A stretch of 64,000 nucleotides of DNA from Spironucleus salmonicida (taxonomy: Eukaryota): the NCBI RefSeq assembly GCF_000497125.1, contig NC_090602.1, forward strand, positions 930,001 through 994,000. The letters run 5' to 3'. The notes below the pieces were generated by a model. It worked only from the letters and a program-made list of their open reading frames with translations. It did no database searches and had not been told where the DNA came from. Of the stretch, positions 11,701-25,393 are shown one piece after another. The position numbers were made by a program, and so were the translations under genes. Numbering within the stretch: position 1 is the stretch's first letter; the number at the start of each line of letters is the position of its first letter.

Positions 11701-14700
11701 AAAATCGTTTTAGATATCATTAACTTACACTTGAAAATACAAATAACTTTTTCGGATATAAGCAATTATTACAATAATTTTACTATACCTTTATAAAATA
11801 TTATTAAAACTTCTCAGGCGTACTAACAATTTTAAAAGTTAGTATTCACACCATCATTTAACAGGATCTTTACATTAACATTACTAGCTCTCTAGAATCA
11901 CGAGAACCCAACATTAATTGGAGATTGTGGTGCAGGAAAAACACAGGTGGCTGAACTTATTGCCGTCGTTTTAAACATTTAAATGGAATCAATTAATCTG
12001 CACAAGAACACTGATGTTACGGATTTTGTAGGTCAGTTAAGGCCAGTTAGGAATAGAAGCGAAATTGAGGAGCTTATTACCTAGTATTCGGCAAAAATCG
12101 ATGTTAACGGCTTCTACGAAAAGCGGATTCAGCAGTTAAAGCTGCAACTAGACAAAATATTCACTTGGTACGACGGCCCCTTAGTCGATTGCATGATCAA
12201 GGGAAAACTTTTACTAGTAGACGAAATAAGCCTCGCGAGCGACTCGATTTTAGAGCGCTTAAACAGCGTATTTGAGACCTCACGCGAGCTCACAATCTCA
12301 GAAAAACCGTGCAGCGGCCAGGTAGTGACCAGAATTGTCGCGAACCAGCGCTTTTACTGCATCAGCACAATGAACCCCGGAAACGACTACGGCAAGAAGG
12401 AGCTCAGCCCGGCGCTCAGAAATCGAATGACGGAAATCTACGTCGAAGGCATAAGCTGCCCGGACGAGGTGGAGCTAATCCTCAGCCTGCGGCAGCCCAC
12501 GCAGGTGCTCGTAGACGAAATTCCGCTGTCCAGAGCCACGCGAATTTTCTTCGAAATCATCCAAAAGATGCGATCCGAGTTCTACCTGGGCCACAATTTC
12601 AGCTTCAGCATCCGCGACCTTTTGGGCATTTTCGATCACGTGAGCTACGTCCACAGGGCCGAAAAGTCGATTTCCGGGGCGCAATTCTTCTCAGAATTGC
12701 AGCTCTGCTACATCGACGGCCTGCAGGTCAAAATCTGCAGCCCCGACTCCGATTTCATCGATCAGCTCAAATAGTTCATTTTGGACGAACTAAAAAAGTC
12801 AATTCAAATTCAATTTTCCACTCCTATTTTGCAAAAAATCACGCTCTCAGAAACGTCACTTTAGCTCAATTTTCCGCCAATTGAGCTCTCGCTGGGGCCG
12901 CATTTCGACCTCGAGAAGTCGAATTCGCTCCTTTCCAAATTCTGCATAAACTCCCCGGGAACGCTGAAAAACGCTGCGATGATTTTGCGCGCAATTTCGA
13001 ACGCCTCAAATCGGCCGATTTTGCTCGAATCGGCCCCCGGCGTCGGCAAGACGTCGCTGGTGCAGCACCTGGCGGAGATTTCGGGTCGCAAAATCACGCG
13101 AATTAACCTCTCGGAGCACGTCGATTTGGCCGATTTGGTCGGTCAGGACCTGCCCTCCGAGAGCGGGATTTTCAAGTTTACGGCCGGCGTGCTGCTGCAA
13201 GCGATTTAGAGCGGAAATTGGGTCCTGCTGGACGAGCTGAATCTCGCGAATTAGGCCGTTCTGGAGGGTCTGAACGCGCTTTTTGACCACCGGAAACAGA
13301 TTTTCGTACCCGAAACGAACAGAATCGTCAAATTGCGGCCTGAAGTGAAAATTTTCGCAGCGCAAAATCCGGCCTGGCAGGGCGGCGGGCGCAAGGTGCT
13401 GCCACAGAGCTTCCTGAACCGGTTCAACTGCCTGTTTCTGCAGAAACTGCAGAGCGTGGATTACGAGTTCATTTTGGAGAAAATCGACGGGGGCGCCGTT
13501 CTGGGCCAAAATTTGGTGCGGATAATGCTCGAATTGCAGCGCACGGTGGGCGTCACTTTCGGCGAGCGCGGTGGGCCCTGGGAGATCAATTTGCGCGACG
13601 TTTACAGGGTATTGGACTTCGTCAAAGCGAGCGAAGTCTGCGCTGAAGATTTGTGGTTCGTGGTATGCAGCGTTTTGCTGCTGCGCTTCCGGGGCGAAAC
13701 GGACGCTGTTTAGGGGCTGAAGTGTATCTAGAGCGTTTTGGGGCCTGAAATTAGCCAAAAGTGCGTTTTCCCGCTAATAAGAACTGATTTGGTCAAAAAT
13801 GAGGTAAAATTCGGTAATTTGAGGTTTTCTGGGGACTAAAAGCTGCAAAAATTCGTCGTTGAGGACTACCCGCTGCTGTACTCGGTTTGCATGTCGGTTA
13901 ACGCAGCTACGCCCGTGCTTATGGTCACAATTGCTGACCAAAACGTCGTTATCGACCGCATTATATCAGAAGCCAGCCAGCTTTTCAACGAAAATTTACT
14001 CACAGTTTCGCTAGCCCAAAGTACTGATATAACGGATATTTTGGGCTGCTACGAGCAGCTCAGCCTGAACAGCATTCTGATCGAAATCGTGAGCATCCTC
14101 GAATTTTTGCTGCGCATAAACCAAATCGACTCGTATTTGTCGTTTAACCAGCAAATCTACAATCTGGTGACGAACAGCATTACGGAAAGCGAGGCAAAGG
14201 CGTTTTTCGCAAAATTGCACGCCTTTATCGCCCCAAACACGCACATTTTCGGCCTGAAACACTCGAAAATGCACGAAAATCTCACGCACCAGCTGGCGCT
14301 TTTCGCGAAGTACGAGAACGAGCGCATCCAGGGCCGCTTCGTGTGGGCCGACGGCGTCGTCACGAAGGCCATCGAATCGGGCCAGTGGCTGCATTTGGCG
14401 AACGCGAATTTCTGCTCCGCGTCGGTTCTGGACCGCCTGAATTCGCTGCTGGAGCGGGACGCCGTCCTGTACCTTTTCGAGCAGGGAACGAGCGAGATTC
14501 GGCAGCTGCAAATCCACAAAAATTTCCGCGTTTTCGTGTCCTACGACGCGAAATTCGGCGACGTTTCGCGGGCGATAAGGAACCGCTGCTTCGAGATTTG
14601 CGTGGACGGCCAGGGCTTCGTTTCTGAGCTTTTCGCCTCTGAGGCCGCAAATCGCGAATTTGACAATTTGCGGATAAACGCGATTTCCAGGGACGCCGCA

Positions 14701-17700
14701 GACCCCGTCGGGGCGCGCGTTTTGGAGCAGTTGGTTAAGGAATTCCCGATTTGCGGTAAATAGCAACTTTTGAGCGTTGCGCAGGTCGTGATGCAGCGTT
14801 TCTATTTTTAGAGTTTGTCTGATGAGCAGCAGGCGCTTCTTGTTGATATTGACAGTTCCAGCCATTCACGGTTATTGACGCTGCTGCAAACGACCAATTT
14901 GTAGAAATTCTTCTCGTTTTTGGTCTCGTACGAATTCCAGTCTCTGCAAAAATTCGGCGAGGAGCCGATTATAGCGAATTACAAGATCTCCAGAGGCGCG
15001 TCATTTGGTTAATAGCAGGAAATTTTTACCGGCTAAATTCTTGAAAATCAAGCTCAAATCGTCACAAATGAGTTCTGCAATTCTCTTCTCAATCTGGCTA
15101 ACTAGAACACGTTTGATATACTGGTTTTGGGTGAAGTTTCTAAGTAATTGGACTCCGAAAACCTCTTTTACCAGGTCCTGAAACATACAATACAGTACAT
15201 AAACCCGTAAGATCTGCAATTCCAATTTTAGAAGTTTTCCGCACTCCAGAAGCTCTCAAAGAGCGAAAAGTATACAATTAACGTATTTTTAAACTCGCTC
15301 TAGAACGAAAATCAGGCAAAATTCGCAGCTTTCCGTTCCCTTCTCGGGATCTCAAAATTCACAGTCAGAACGCCCCAATTCACACGATTTTAGAAGTTCC
15401 TTAACGACGCCAAATTCTCGGTCCAACAAGATACTTTTAAGTACACCACGACCTCAATTCTGGACTTCCTGCTGCGAAATGACAAGCTGCTCAAGTACGT
15501 CCCCGAAAAACACAATATCTTCGTCGAGAAAATGCTCGCGCATACGCTTTCAAACGTGCACTTTTTCGGTGAATTGACGCAGAAACCGTCAAAACTGAAA
15601 AATGGGCCGTTAACAAAAGTGCTAATCGGATTTTTTGGCGAGTACTTAAAAGTGTCAGTTTAGATGTAAAAATCGTTTTAAAACGATTTGCAGAACTTCT
15701 ACAATGTGGTTTACCACAGGAATAAGGAGGTAATAGGTAACTTTTAAGTTGATATAACAGAAAAAACAGAATTTATATTTGACATAGCGCGTAAAATTGG
15801 CGTAGGCTTTAACTAAAATATTACATATTTAAGTACCATTTAGCTCTTAGTTCAGATATTTTAGCATGCCGATTTTAGCAGCGTTTTCGATCAATCTTTG
15901 CTAGCTAACTTCAATGGCAAGTTCAACTCCGGGGTGCTCGAGATTTTGGCACTCCAGAAGCAAGTTTTTTAGTAGCATCAAATTCTGACGCAGAGCCGTA
16001 TTTTCACAGAAAAAACGTAGGCGGGCGACTTTTTAGCCCAAAAATAAGCCTTTTACACCAATTAGCTCCAGGAAGCGGCCGAAATGAACGTAGATAGACT
16101 GCAGTTCGACTAGGAATTTTACGAAGAGTTGTAGGGTCAAATTGAGCTTTTGAATATAAACAAGCTCTAGCAGCTGGTAACGCAGCCGCAAACCGACGTA
16201 TTTGTCCAGTATTTAAATTAGTACCAACGTAACATTCACTAATTTTTCGTTTTCCTGGCCACAAAACCTCTGGTTCTAGTCCTGAGCTACGCGGATATGC
16301 TGCTGCCGGTAATTTTCATTTTTTCGTCTTTGCAATTTTTCATTGACATGGCGATCGACGAGTTTTAGACGGTTAAAAACCGCGAAAAAGCGCTCAATTA
16401 ATCCACAGTTATCGACCTATTCTATGACGCAATCCCGCCGTACCAGGCAGTCAGATCGCTGACGCCCCAGATCGACCTCGCGAACGCGTATTACAGCGTA
16501 TTTTTGAACCTCAGCAGAGATGATTCCACATACAAAACGTTCGTTTTCAGGCATCAATATTTGTCGCTCAGCCAGCTCGCCTTTATCGCGTCTTCGCACG
16601 AGGAGGGCCAGCTCGCAGAAGTGCGTCGCGTGCTGCTCGAAAAGTCGCCTTTCCGCTCCCGCCACTTCGCGAAATCGAACGATTACGACGGGGAAATCGA
16701 GCGCCAGCTGGCGGAAATGTTCCCCAGCTACGGCGACGATTTCCGCAAAATCATTGACGAGGCGGCGCGTTCTGACGAGGTTTCGCAGGAGGCCAATTTT
16801 AGCGATTCCCACCGCTTCATTTGCGATATCGGAAAGCTGCTAAACGGCCAAAATTCGGCGAAATTCGACGACGTGGACGTCAATTTCGACCAATTTGACC
16901 TGCTAATGCGGCTTCTGACTTCGAAAATTTACGTTTAGGACCAGAATACGTGCCTTTTCGTACTGTCCAGCGCGGCTGCGCTCTACAAGAAATCGCAGCA
17001 GAATTCGACCAAAAACTCGACTATTCTGGCGCAAATCAAGGCCCACAAATCGCGCAGGAGCCAAATTTGCAAAAATATCTACAAAAATCCGTATCCGAGC
17101 GAGGTCAGCGCAGCGATTTCGGAGCTCTCGGCGTTCAAGTTCAAACTTGAAGCTCTCGTGGCTGAATTTCCGGCTGACGCGCGTTTGGAGCAGATTTCTG
17201 ATACTTTCACGCTCCTCTGCTCGCTGCCGGTTCTGCAGCCACTAGCGAAGTTCCTGACCGGTTTTGAGCAGCTTTTGAGCGTGATAATGCAGTGGAATGG
17301 AAACGCGCCGCAGCGCTTCCAGTTCGACACCCAGATCCTCACTGGCGTCAAGGCCACGATCGTGCACTGGCGCAGAATCGAATTGATGTCCTGGAACACG
17401 TTTTTCGACGATATCCAGCAGGAGCAGGCCGATTCAGCGCTCGTTGAGTGGCCACAGCTGCTGCTTGGCGCACTTACAGCCGCCTCGTCCAATTTCGTGG
17501 CCTACAAAGCCGATTTTGAGGCGCAATTTGCGACTTACATTTTGGATTCCACGTACGGCCAGTTTGGTACTCGAATCGAACTGATATAAGCAATAATTTA
17601 ACTGATATAACAGTCGAAACTGGAGTACAAAATCCAGGTTATTCAGTCGCTAATTTTTATAGTTTCGCGCTATTCGCGTTTCGGCGAATTCGTAGCGAAT

Positions 17701-20700
17701 CAGATCAAAACGGAGGAGGCGAGCGTGAAATAGGAGTTTTCAGATCAAATCAAGCTTTTCCAGTGGGATGAGCGTAATTTCACGACTTTAACGAGAGATC
17801 TGAGCAAATCGCACCGGAAAACACTCGAAATCATAAGAAAATTCAGCGAAATTGTCCAAAAACCAGTTAAAACGCTCGTCTTGTAGTTCACCGAAAAGGT
17901 TGCTTTAATGCCGTAGAAATTTGCAGAAAATTCTGAAAGGGATATTGAAAAAATCATATTTAATGTATAAGATTTACATTCTGAAAAATAAAAGAAAAAT
18001 CAGCTTGAATTCAAGCTGAAGATATTCATCGACAGAATCAATGAATATTTCAACATTTAGCAGAGTAGCTCACAGTTATTTGAAATTGAAAAATTGAGTC
18101 AGATAAATAGCATGTTCGTTTAAATTGATTTATAGCAAAATTAGGAGATATTAGATTTCTACCAGCAGTTTATTGTGGTTTAAACTTCTATTAATATTGG
18201 TGTTTAGCAGGCGGAGGTGGATAAAATCTTAAAAATCGTCAACTATTTGTTAAATGCTTTTTATTAGTAGTCTTTATGGTTAGTTTAAAAGAAAATTTAA
18301 GACGATAATATTTGTGTTAATAAAGAAGCTTAGGCTGATGATAAGCATAAAGTCATTGTTTAGTATTTAAGCTTTATTTTCAAGTCTACTAAAATACTTA
18401 GAGATATTATAGGTGAAAATATAGAGATTGGAAATATATCAGAATTAATTAAGTCAATGTAAGATTGCTTCATGAAATTGTAGTCATTTAGCTTTTAGAG
18501 CTAGGACTATTAAGTTTAGCATAAAATTGAGCTTAATATTTAGTTAATAGCTACCGCTAATAAAGTTAAAGATATTTTTACTAAATAAATAGAGTATTAC
18601 TCTAAACGGATGGCAAGCTGCATTTTTGATGATTTGCTTAAAAATATCGAATTTTTATTCTAATAAATACCGTAAATTTAAGAGTGTCAAGAACCGAATA
18701 TATTTATTGTGTAATAGTTTGTTATTTTAGACGAAAGCTTATTCTAATAATAATAATAGTTTAATTCAAATTAATATTAAGAATTGAGCCTATATAGCCC
18801 AACATTATTATAAATCTTTACTGCAATATTAAAACATGGCTATAAGGAAAAGTAAGAAGAAGAGCAATAAGAGCAAAAATCAAAGTAGCCTGAAGATGGT
18901 GTTGGTCTAGGAGATGGTGCAGGTGATAATGCCATTAATGATCAAGTTAAAGAGGAAGACTTAAGCGACGATCAGCTATTAGGAAATGATAATGATAAAA
19001 AAGACTAGAATGATGACGAGAAAAATGACGAAAATGATGATGGAATTGATATGGATAGAGAATTCGACGGACAAAATTAAGATGTTAACAATGACAATGA
19101 AGAGTAGGAAGAAGAAAAAGAAGATTTAGAAAAAGAAATTAACCAGGATGAAGAAGGTGAGCAATAAGACTAAAAGCGTAAGTAAACGGAAGAAAGCGAA
19201 GAAGAACAAGAAGGAAGTTAACAAAAGCAGGATGAAGTAGGAGAAGAAGAAAATGAGATGAAAGCTGGAGACAACGACAATGATCAAAATGACGAAATGT
19301 CTGATATTTCCGAATAGAATCCTGAATATCAAGATCCTGACGTTGCGGAAGAATTCGAAGAGAAAGAAGAGCCGTAGTAAGCGGAAGACGACGAATTTTC
19401 AATGCAGACTGACCTAAATGATCAGTCAGTCAAAGATGATATGTCAGATGTCTTTGACGAAATTTTCAACGACGAGTTAGAAAATGCTGAAAACGAAGAG
19501 GAGAAACTAGAAGAAATCGAGCAGAAGTTCGAGGAGAAATAAGAAGACTCAGAGCAGCTTAACGACGAAGAACCCGAAGAGCAGCAGCAACAGGAGAAAA
19601 AAGACTATACTGAAGACCAACCAGAGCACTTCCAAAACGAAGAGGAGAACATCGAAGACCAAACAGGGTTCTAGAACGGCAACGATGACCAGGAAAGCTA
19701 AAGCGAAAACCAGTAAAAAGACGAGGAGAATGAGGTGCAAAATGCTAAAACGCAGTAAGAAAACAACGAAACCTCGCAAAATGATAACGAAGAGCCGTCC
19801 GAAAACGCTGATAATCAGGCCGAAATTCACGCGAATAAGAAAATGTCAAAGCAGAAAAAGAGCGATAATGCTGAAAAGAAAGAGCAAAATCAAATTGAAT
19901 TCGAAGAAAATTCCAATTAAGTCGAAATCGACCTGAACAACAACGTAAAAGAGGTCATCAGCGACTCCGAAAACGACCAAAAAATGCAAGATGAGGCCAG
20001 CGACAAGGACGAAAATTTAATAAAATAAAGTGAAAAAGGAACGGAAAATGGAATTTAAATTGAAATTTTGCATACTGATATTACGCTGTAAACTGAGAAA
20101 ACGGACTATTTAGACCTCTTTAAGCAGCAGCTGAACAAGCAGAAAATAAGCCAAAATGCTCAAATTTTGGCAGAGAAGCTGAAGGTCATTTTAGAGCCAA
20201 AACAGACCTCCTCGCTCGCAGGTGACTTCAAGTCCGGTAAGAAACTCAATTTACGCAAAATCATACCCTTCATTGCCAGTCAGTACCGGAAAGACAAAAT
20301 TTGGCTCCGTAGAAATAAACCTTCGAAGCGGAATTACAATATTATATTATTAGTAGATAATTCCTTTTCTTTAAAAGAAGTGGAAATGCAAAATCAAATT
20401 TACTAAAGTATTTTGACCGTTTTTACGGCCATCAAACTGTCAGAAATCGGTAAGTTCGGACTGATCAAATTCGGCTCCGAAAGCGAGGTTTTGGTCGAGC
20501 TCAGCGACCAGCTGAGCGAGCAGCAGGTCATGAAAGGAATGGAAAAGATCGATTTCACGTGCCAGAAATCGGACTTTGCGAGCGGCATAAATATGGCGAA
20601 TTCGGTGCTCGAAGACCAGCTCTAGGACGACAATTTGGTGCTGATCTTCACCGACGGCATAATCAACGAAAAACAGGGCGTTGGCGAGGCGTTGCGTAAA

Positions 20701-20916
20701 ATTTAGAAAATTTCCATCCCACTTTTCATCATTCACAATAAGAATATTATACAGTAATAAAGCGTAAAGTTTGTGGAGGTCGACGGTAAGCGGAAAGTCC
20801 TGAAAACGGCATATTTGGAGGATGACTATCCGGTTCCGCACTATTGCGTGTGCGAATGCGAGGATTTGGCTGCAGAGTTGTGTGGGGCAATTGTGCAGTT
20901 TGTCCAAAGCATGTGA
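8755..20916 (+). CDS. MDN1: Midasin (Rea1/MDN1) AAA+ ATPase for pre-60S maturation, 4053 aa
   Basis: Twelve track fragments from 8755 to 20413 share one frame. Six tandem AAA modules (GPPGSGKT, STGIGKT, GVTSSGKS, GDCGAGKT, SAPGVGKT, degenerate D6), with WVILDELNL, YGGRKQLS.AF.NRF and DYGKKELSPALRNR. D/E-rich tail at ~18850-20060. LEP…GDFKSGKKLNLRKIIPFIASQYRKDKIWLRR and MIDAS DNSFS. TGA at 20914. Confidence 0.97.
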
Positions 20917-21043
20917 TATTAATTACTATTATATAATAATATAAGGTATATTGAAAAATTGGCTTTAGCCCTAAGAAATTAAAAAATATTAATGATGATT
21001 ATATATAATTATATAGTTAGTATTTTCCTCTCTCCAAAATTTA

Positions 21044-24000
21044 ATGTAGGCTGAAATTTCAAAGTTACTATAAATGCTGTTTTAACTAGGTTACCCGTAA
21101 TAGTTAATATAAACGCACTAATAAACTCTTTCTCCACCTTCTGACTATGACTTAGCTACACAAACTCTGCTTAATATAATTAGATATCTACTAACAAATT
21201 CGGTTCCAGTATTTGTTAGTTATATTAAGAAAATGAACCCTCAAATTCACGATAATAGAAGTTTGATTACAACTTTTTATTAATCTATTAATTATCTCAA
21301 ATATATTCCTAAAGTTGCCCCAGAAGCTTTTATTGATTAATTTCCAGGAGGCTTGGAAAATTATTAAGATCTACATAACGAAAGAGTCAGATTAGTTAGA
21401 ATTTTTTGTAAGCTACTTATTCAGTTACAGTAGAAATGGGGGAATATAAGTAGTGAAAAATTAAGAGGACATCAAGATTTTACTCTACTTTTACCAAATT
21501 CCAATCAAACTCAATAAAATATGCAATAGCACTACCCCTAGTATAACTAATATTAAGGAGCTGGCTTTTAACCTCCATAATTTTAGTATCCATAAAGTTA
21601 GTTATTGTAGATGCCTAATAACCAATAATAACATTATTTAAGAGAACAGTAATAATAATAGTACTAACCTTTCATACCAGTTTATCCCTAAAGTATTAAT
21701 CCTAGTTAAATATATAGTCTAACAAAGCGTGCAGTTGATCCATCTTTATCAAAACAAGTAAAAAGAGACATGAACAATAAATTAATGATACCGATTGACT
21801 TAATTCCTGAAGATATTTAGGAACGATTAAGAAAGTAGTTTTTAGAAAAAAGATAAAAGAAGAGTTAGAAGAAACATAAAGTATAGCATATAAAGAAATA
21901 ATCTAAAAGACATGAATCATATAGTGATTCTTCGTCTGAAGAATCTTCAGCAGAATATCCAAGAAAAACTTAATCTTCTAAAAAGTATCCCATTAATAAA
22001 TATGAAAATGAATCAGATACATATACATCATCAGAGAGTAATTTGTCTGATGAAGAATATACAAGAAAAAGACATTAGAAGAAGGTTCAAAAGTAAAAAT
22101 AGCATCATAAATCATCTAAAAGGCATTAAGAATCTGATAGTTATTCTAATATGGAAAGTGAATCTGAATCATCTTATGAAGAAAAAAATTTGTCGCGAAA
22201 GAGCAAAAAACATACTATTGTCAAGTAAACTAAGTAAAAAAGAAAATAGGTTGTTTCAAGTTCAGAAAGTGAAGAGTGCAATAGGAAAAAAAGCAATCCA
22301 AAGTAACTTTACAAGTAAGATAAAGATTTAGATAAGTATATTGATGATAAATATAAAAATTAATATAATGATAGGAAAGAGACAGAATTATAACATAGAT
22401 ATCAAACAGCGCTTGATTAAACTCCCGAAGATTTAACTTTGTAATCAAAGTCAGTGCCAGATCAAAATATTTCTAATATATTAAATGCAACTTATGAAAA
22501 AGACCCTGAATTAGCGAGAACTTAGCGTATTAATGATCTAATAAATAAATCTTAAGTAAAAGAACATATGTAAGAAGAAGATATTATTAACAAGTATTTG
22601 GGATAAAATCCCGTTACGATTTCTCCTGATGATATTGACAAATAATTGGGTATTGTAGGTAAATCGGTTACAATAGATGATGAGCCATCCGTTATTATTG
22701 GAAATAAAATGTATGATTTCATAGAACCTCCATCTAATATCGCAAATTAATAAGACCATAATTAAGTACCAAGCTATGATACAAATACCTTAATGAATCA
22801 GTAAACATATCCATAGAATTAAAATTAGGTGCCTCTTTAACCTAATATATTACAGAATAATTTTGAAATGCCATAATCAGTTTCAGAACCCTAGATCTAA
22901 TATCCAGTTTAAAATCAATTTTTACAATAGCCAACTCTACCTACAGAAGGACCATTAAATATTTATACTGAGAACACACCATATCCACCATAAAATTAGG
23001 CAAACTTATTATAACATGGAGATCTAAATAATTTATATAACTAAAATAAGATTCCAATTTAACATAATGATATTTTAACCTAAAATTAACCAATTCCTAA
23101 CTAATTTTAAAATAATAACTACAACATTCCCATGCCTGATATGTTTGACCAAAACTACCAATAATAACTAAACTAAAGCAAAACACCATATGACATCACC
23201 ACAATGCCGAATGTATCGTAAATACCAACTTCTCAAAAAGACCTATTTACGACAGGTAGCGTTATATCACAAGCATAAACCACTGCTTTTCCTGTAAATT
23301 CAGCATACGAATCGGTTCCAGAGTAGATTTACAAAAGTTACAACATATAAACCGTTTCACCACCCAGGTAAAAGCAGAATTAAAATTAAAACTACAATAC
23401 GACCCTCCCTGGTACATAATTGATTCAAGACAACGCCAATCAAAGTTAACACCATGATAGCCAGACACCCCAAGTTCGAACCGAAGAAATACTTCATGTC
23501 CTCGAGACCGAAGACTTCATTCCGCAACACAGGGAGTCCTCACAGATATCGAAAGTTGACAATCTCGCGAAGCCGAATCCGGGCGTTCCATATGTTTCTT
23601 CATCGCAATCTAATTCGTCAAATTAAGGCAAAATCGACCAAATTAACCCGGTAAATTAGCTGTTTAGCAACTCGTACCATGAATCAGCCCCTCAGACCGA
23701 TTAGTTCGTGCACATTCAGCCAAATTTCTCAGCACGCGAGCCCAGCCAGCCCCAAAACATCCTTAAGAAAATAGGCTCCGAAAAGAACATTTTCGACTTC
23801 AATAACAACGAAAATTTCGACTCCGCACCAGGCACCGAATCGTCGATTTCCAACAAACACGTTTCCTTCGACAGGTCGTAATTGCCGGACCCGTCGTCCT
23901 CGTCGTCTGGCAAGGCCCAAAATAATGTATTTACCTCTTAAAATCCTAATAACAACTAAACAACCATTATTACGTCACAAACTACGCCAAAATTCGACCC

Positions 24001-24781
24001 AATTACCCATCAAAACTACACAGACAATAACATTTCAGACCTGCCACCAAACGGCTATTAAGCCTCAAATCGCAACCCTACAAACTCATTTTCGACCTCC
24101 AACCAGCCCCAGCCGTCGCAGCCAACAAATATATACCTGCCATCCTCTTCAAATCACAATTCTGACGCATCCACGACCGCACAGCTCCCAGAGGTCGAAT
24201 TTAAGAGCAATTTCCCGATTTACAGAGTCCAGGAGGGCGAAAATTTGCCTGAAATTTCGATCCAAAACAACTCCATGAAATCGGCCGATTTGACGACCTC
24301 GCACCTCCCAAAACCGTCCTCTTCGTCCTCTTCTTCCTACAAAGAAATCGTCAAAACGATCGCCGAATCGCTCACTTCCTCGGCCAGAATTCTGAACGAA
24401 ATGAACGAAAATCCGACGATTTCGACGCTGCGGGCCGCCCAAACGGACCGGAATATGCTCTTTTCGACGGAGCGGGCCCTGAAAAACAGTAGAATTTCGT
24501 TCACGGAATCAAGTTTGAGCGCGCGGCGTGAAAACATGAAAAGCGAGCTCGAGGAACTCAAAAAGAGCGAACTTTTGCTCATGAAATCGAAGAGCCAGCG
24601 GCAGAAAATCGAGAGCTCGGAGGTGTCGAATACGGCGCGCCTGCAGGCGCTGCTCCAGAAGGGAAAATCGCTACTGAAGGACATGAGCGAAATCGGCTCC
24701 ATTCAGTTCAGCGGGTCCGAGAGCGCGCCGCGGGAGCGCTCGTACAGCAAACGCAGCAGTTTGCAGAGTAGCAATAAATGA
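21044..24781 (+). CDS. CEP44-like N-terminal domain protein with long Q/P/S/N low-complexity region and C-terminal coiled coil, 1245 aa
   Basis: MQAEISKLLQMLFQLGYP…LLNIIRYLLT…HDNRSLITTFY…KYIPKV…ERVRLV resembles the CEP44 domain pattern. Same frame as track fragment 24245-24781. C-rich leader TTTTCCTCTCTCC. The ORF is firmer than the family call. Confidence 0.65.
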
Positions 24782-25393
24782 GGAGTGAAAAAATTATATA
24801 TATTGTTAGATATAATAATATGTGTGTGGAAGGGGGAAATTTTGTTTTTGTGATATAATGTTAAATTTTGGCTGATTGGGTGGCTATGTGACGTTATGGG
24901 GAGTGAGAACGGAAATTTAATGATTTGGTAGGTAGGGTAGAGACATGGTAGTGGTGGTAGGTGTAAATTTGCATGATAGTTTAAAACTTAAAAAGGTTAT
25001 TATAGGTATTGGGAAATATTGATTTGCAGGATATTGCGGGTAAATGATGTGTAACGGGGTAGATTATCTAGTAAAGATGAGATAAGCAGGTTTACTTGCA
25101 ATTTTATGCCTAATTTAATGAGGGTCTGGTGTTGGTGTTTATTTAGAATTTGATGTTTTATAGAATAAATGAAAAATAATGTTGTTAATTAAATTGGTAT
25201 TAACCAATTTGTACCATATTAATGCATAATAACCTAAAACTGATCACGTTTAAATTTAAAATAGTGTAATCGTAAATTAAATTAAGTAAAACAAGTACTT
25301 ATGGCAATACGTTATTGATCAATTTTGAAGTCTATCTAAATTATTGAAACTGAGGTAAATATATATTATTTGATTAATACTATCCAATATTCA

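Noticed and set aside
8731-17492. Long antisense and alternate-frame ORFs in the track (e.g. 13006-13758, 14011-14865; likewise 50400-51095, 58955-59725, 61575-62285)
   Set aside because: They occur only in GC-rich islands overlapping well-supported CDSs; shadow ORFs caused by stop-codon scarcity.
8755-20916. Midasin and other genes as pseudogenes riddled with stops
   Set aside because: The interruptions seen are TAA/TAG in a single frame with motifs preserved, which the alternative genetic code explains.
20992-21054. C/D box snoRNA (ATGATGA…CTGA)
   Set aside because: Overlaps the TATA/C-rich promoter and start codon of the next gene; no terminal stem or guide evident.
24925-24962. Telomere-like TAGG/TAGGG repeats
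   Set aside because: Only two or three imperfect units inside a generally G/T-skewed tract.
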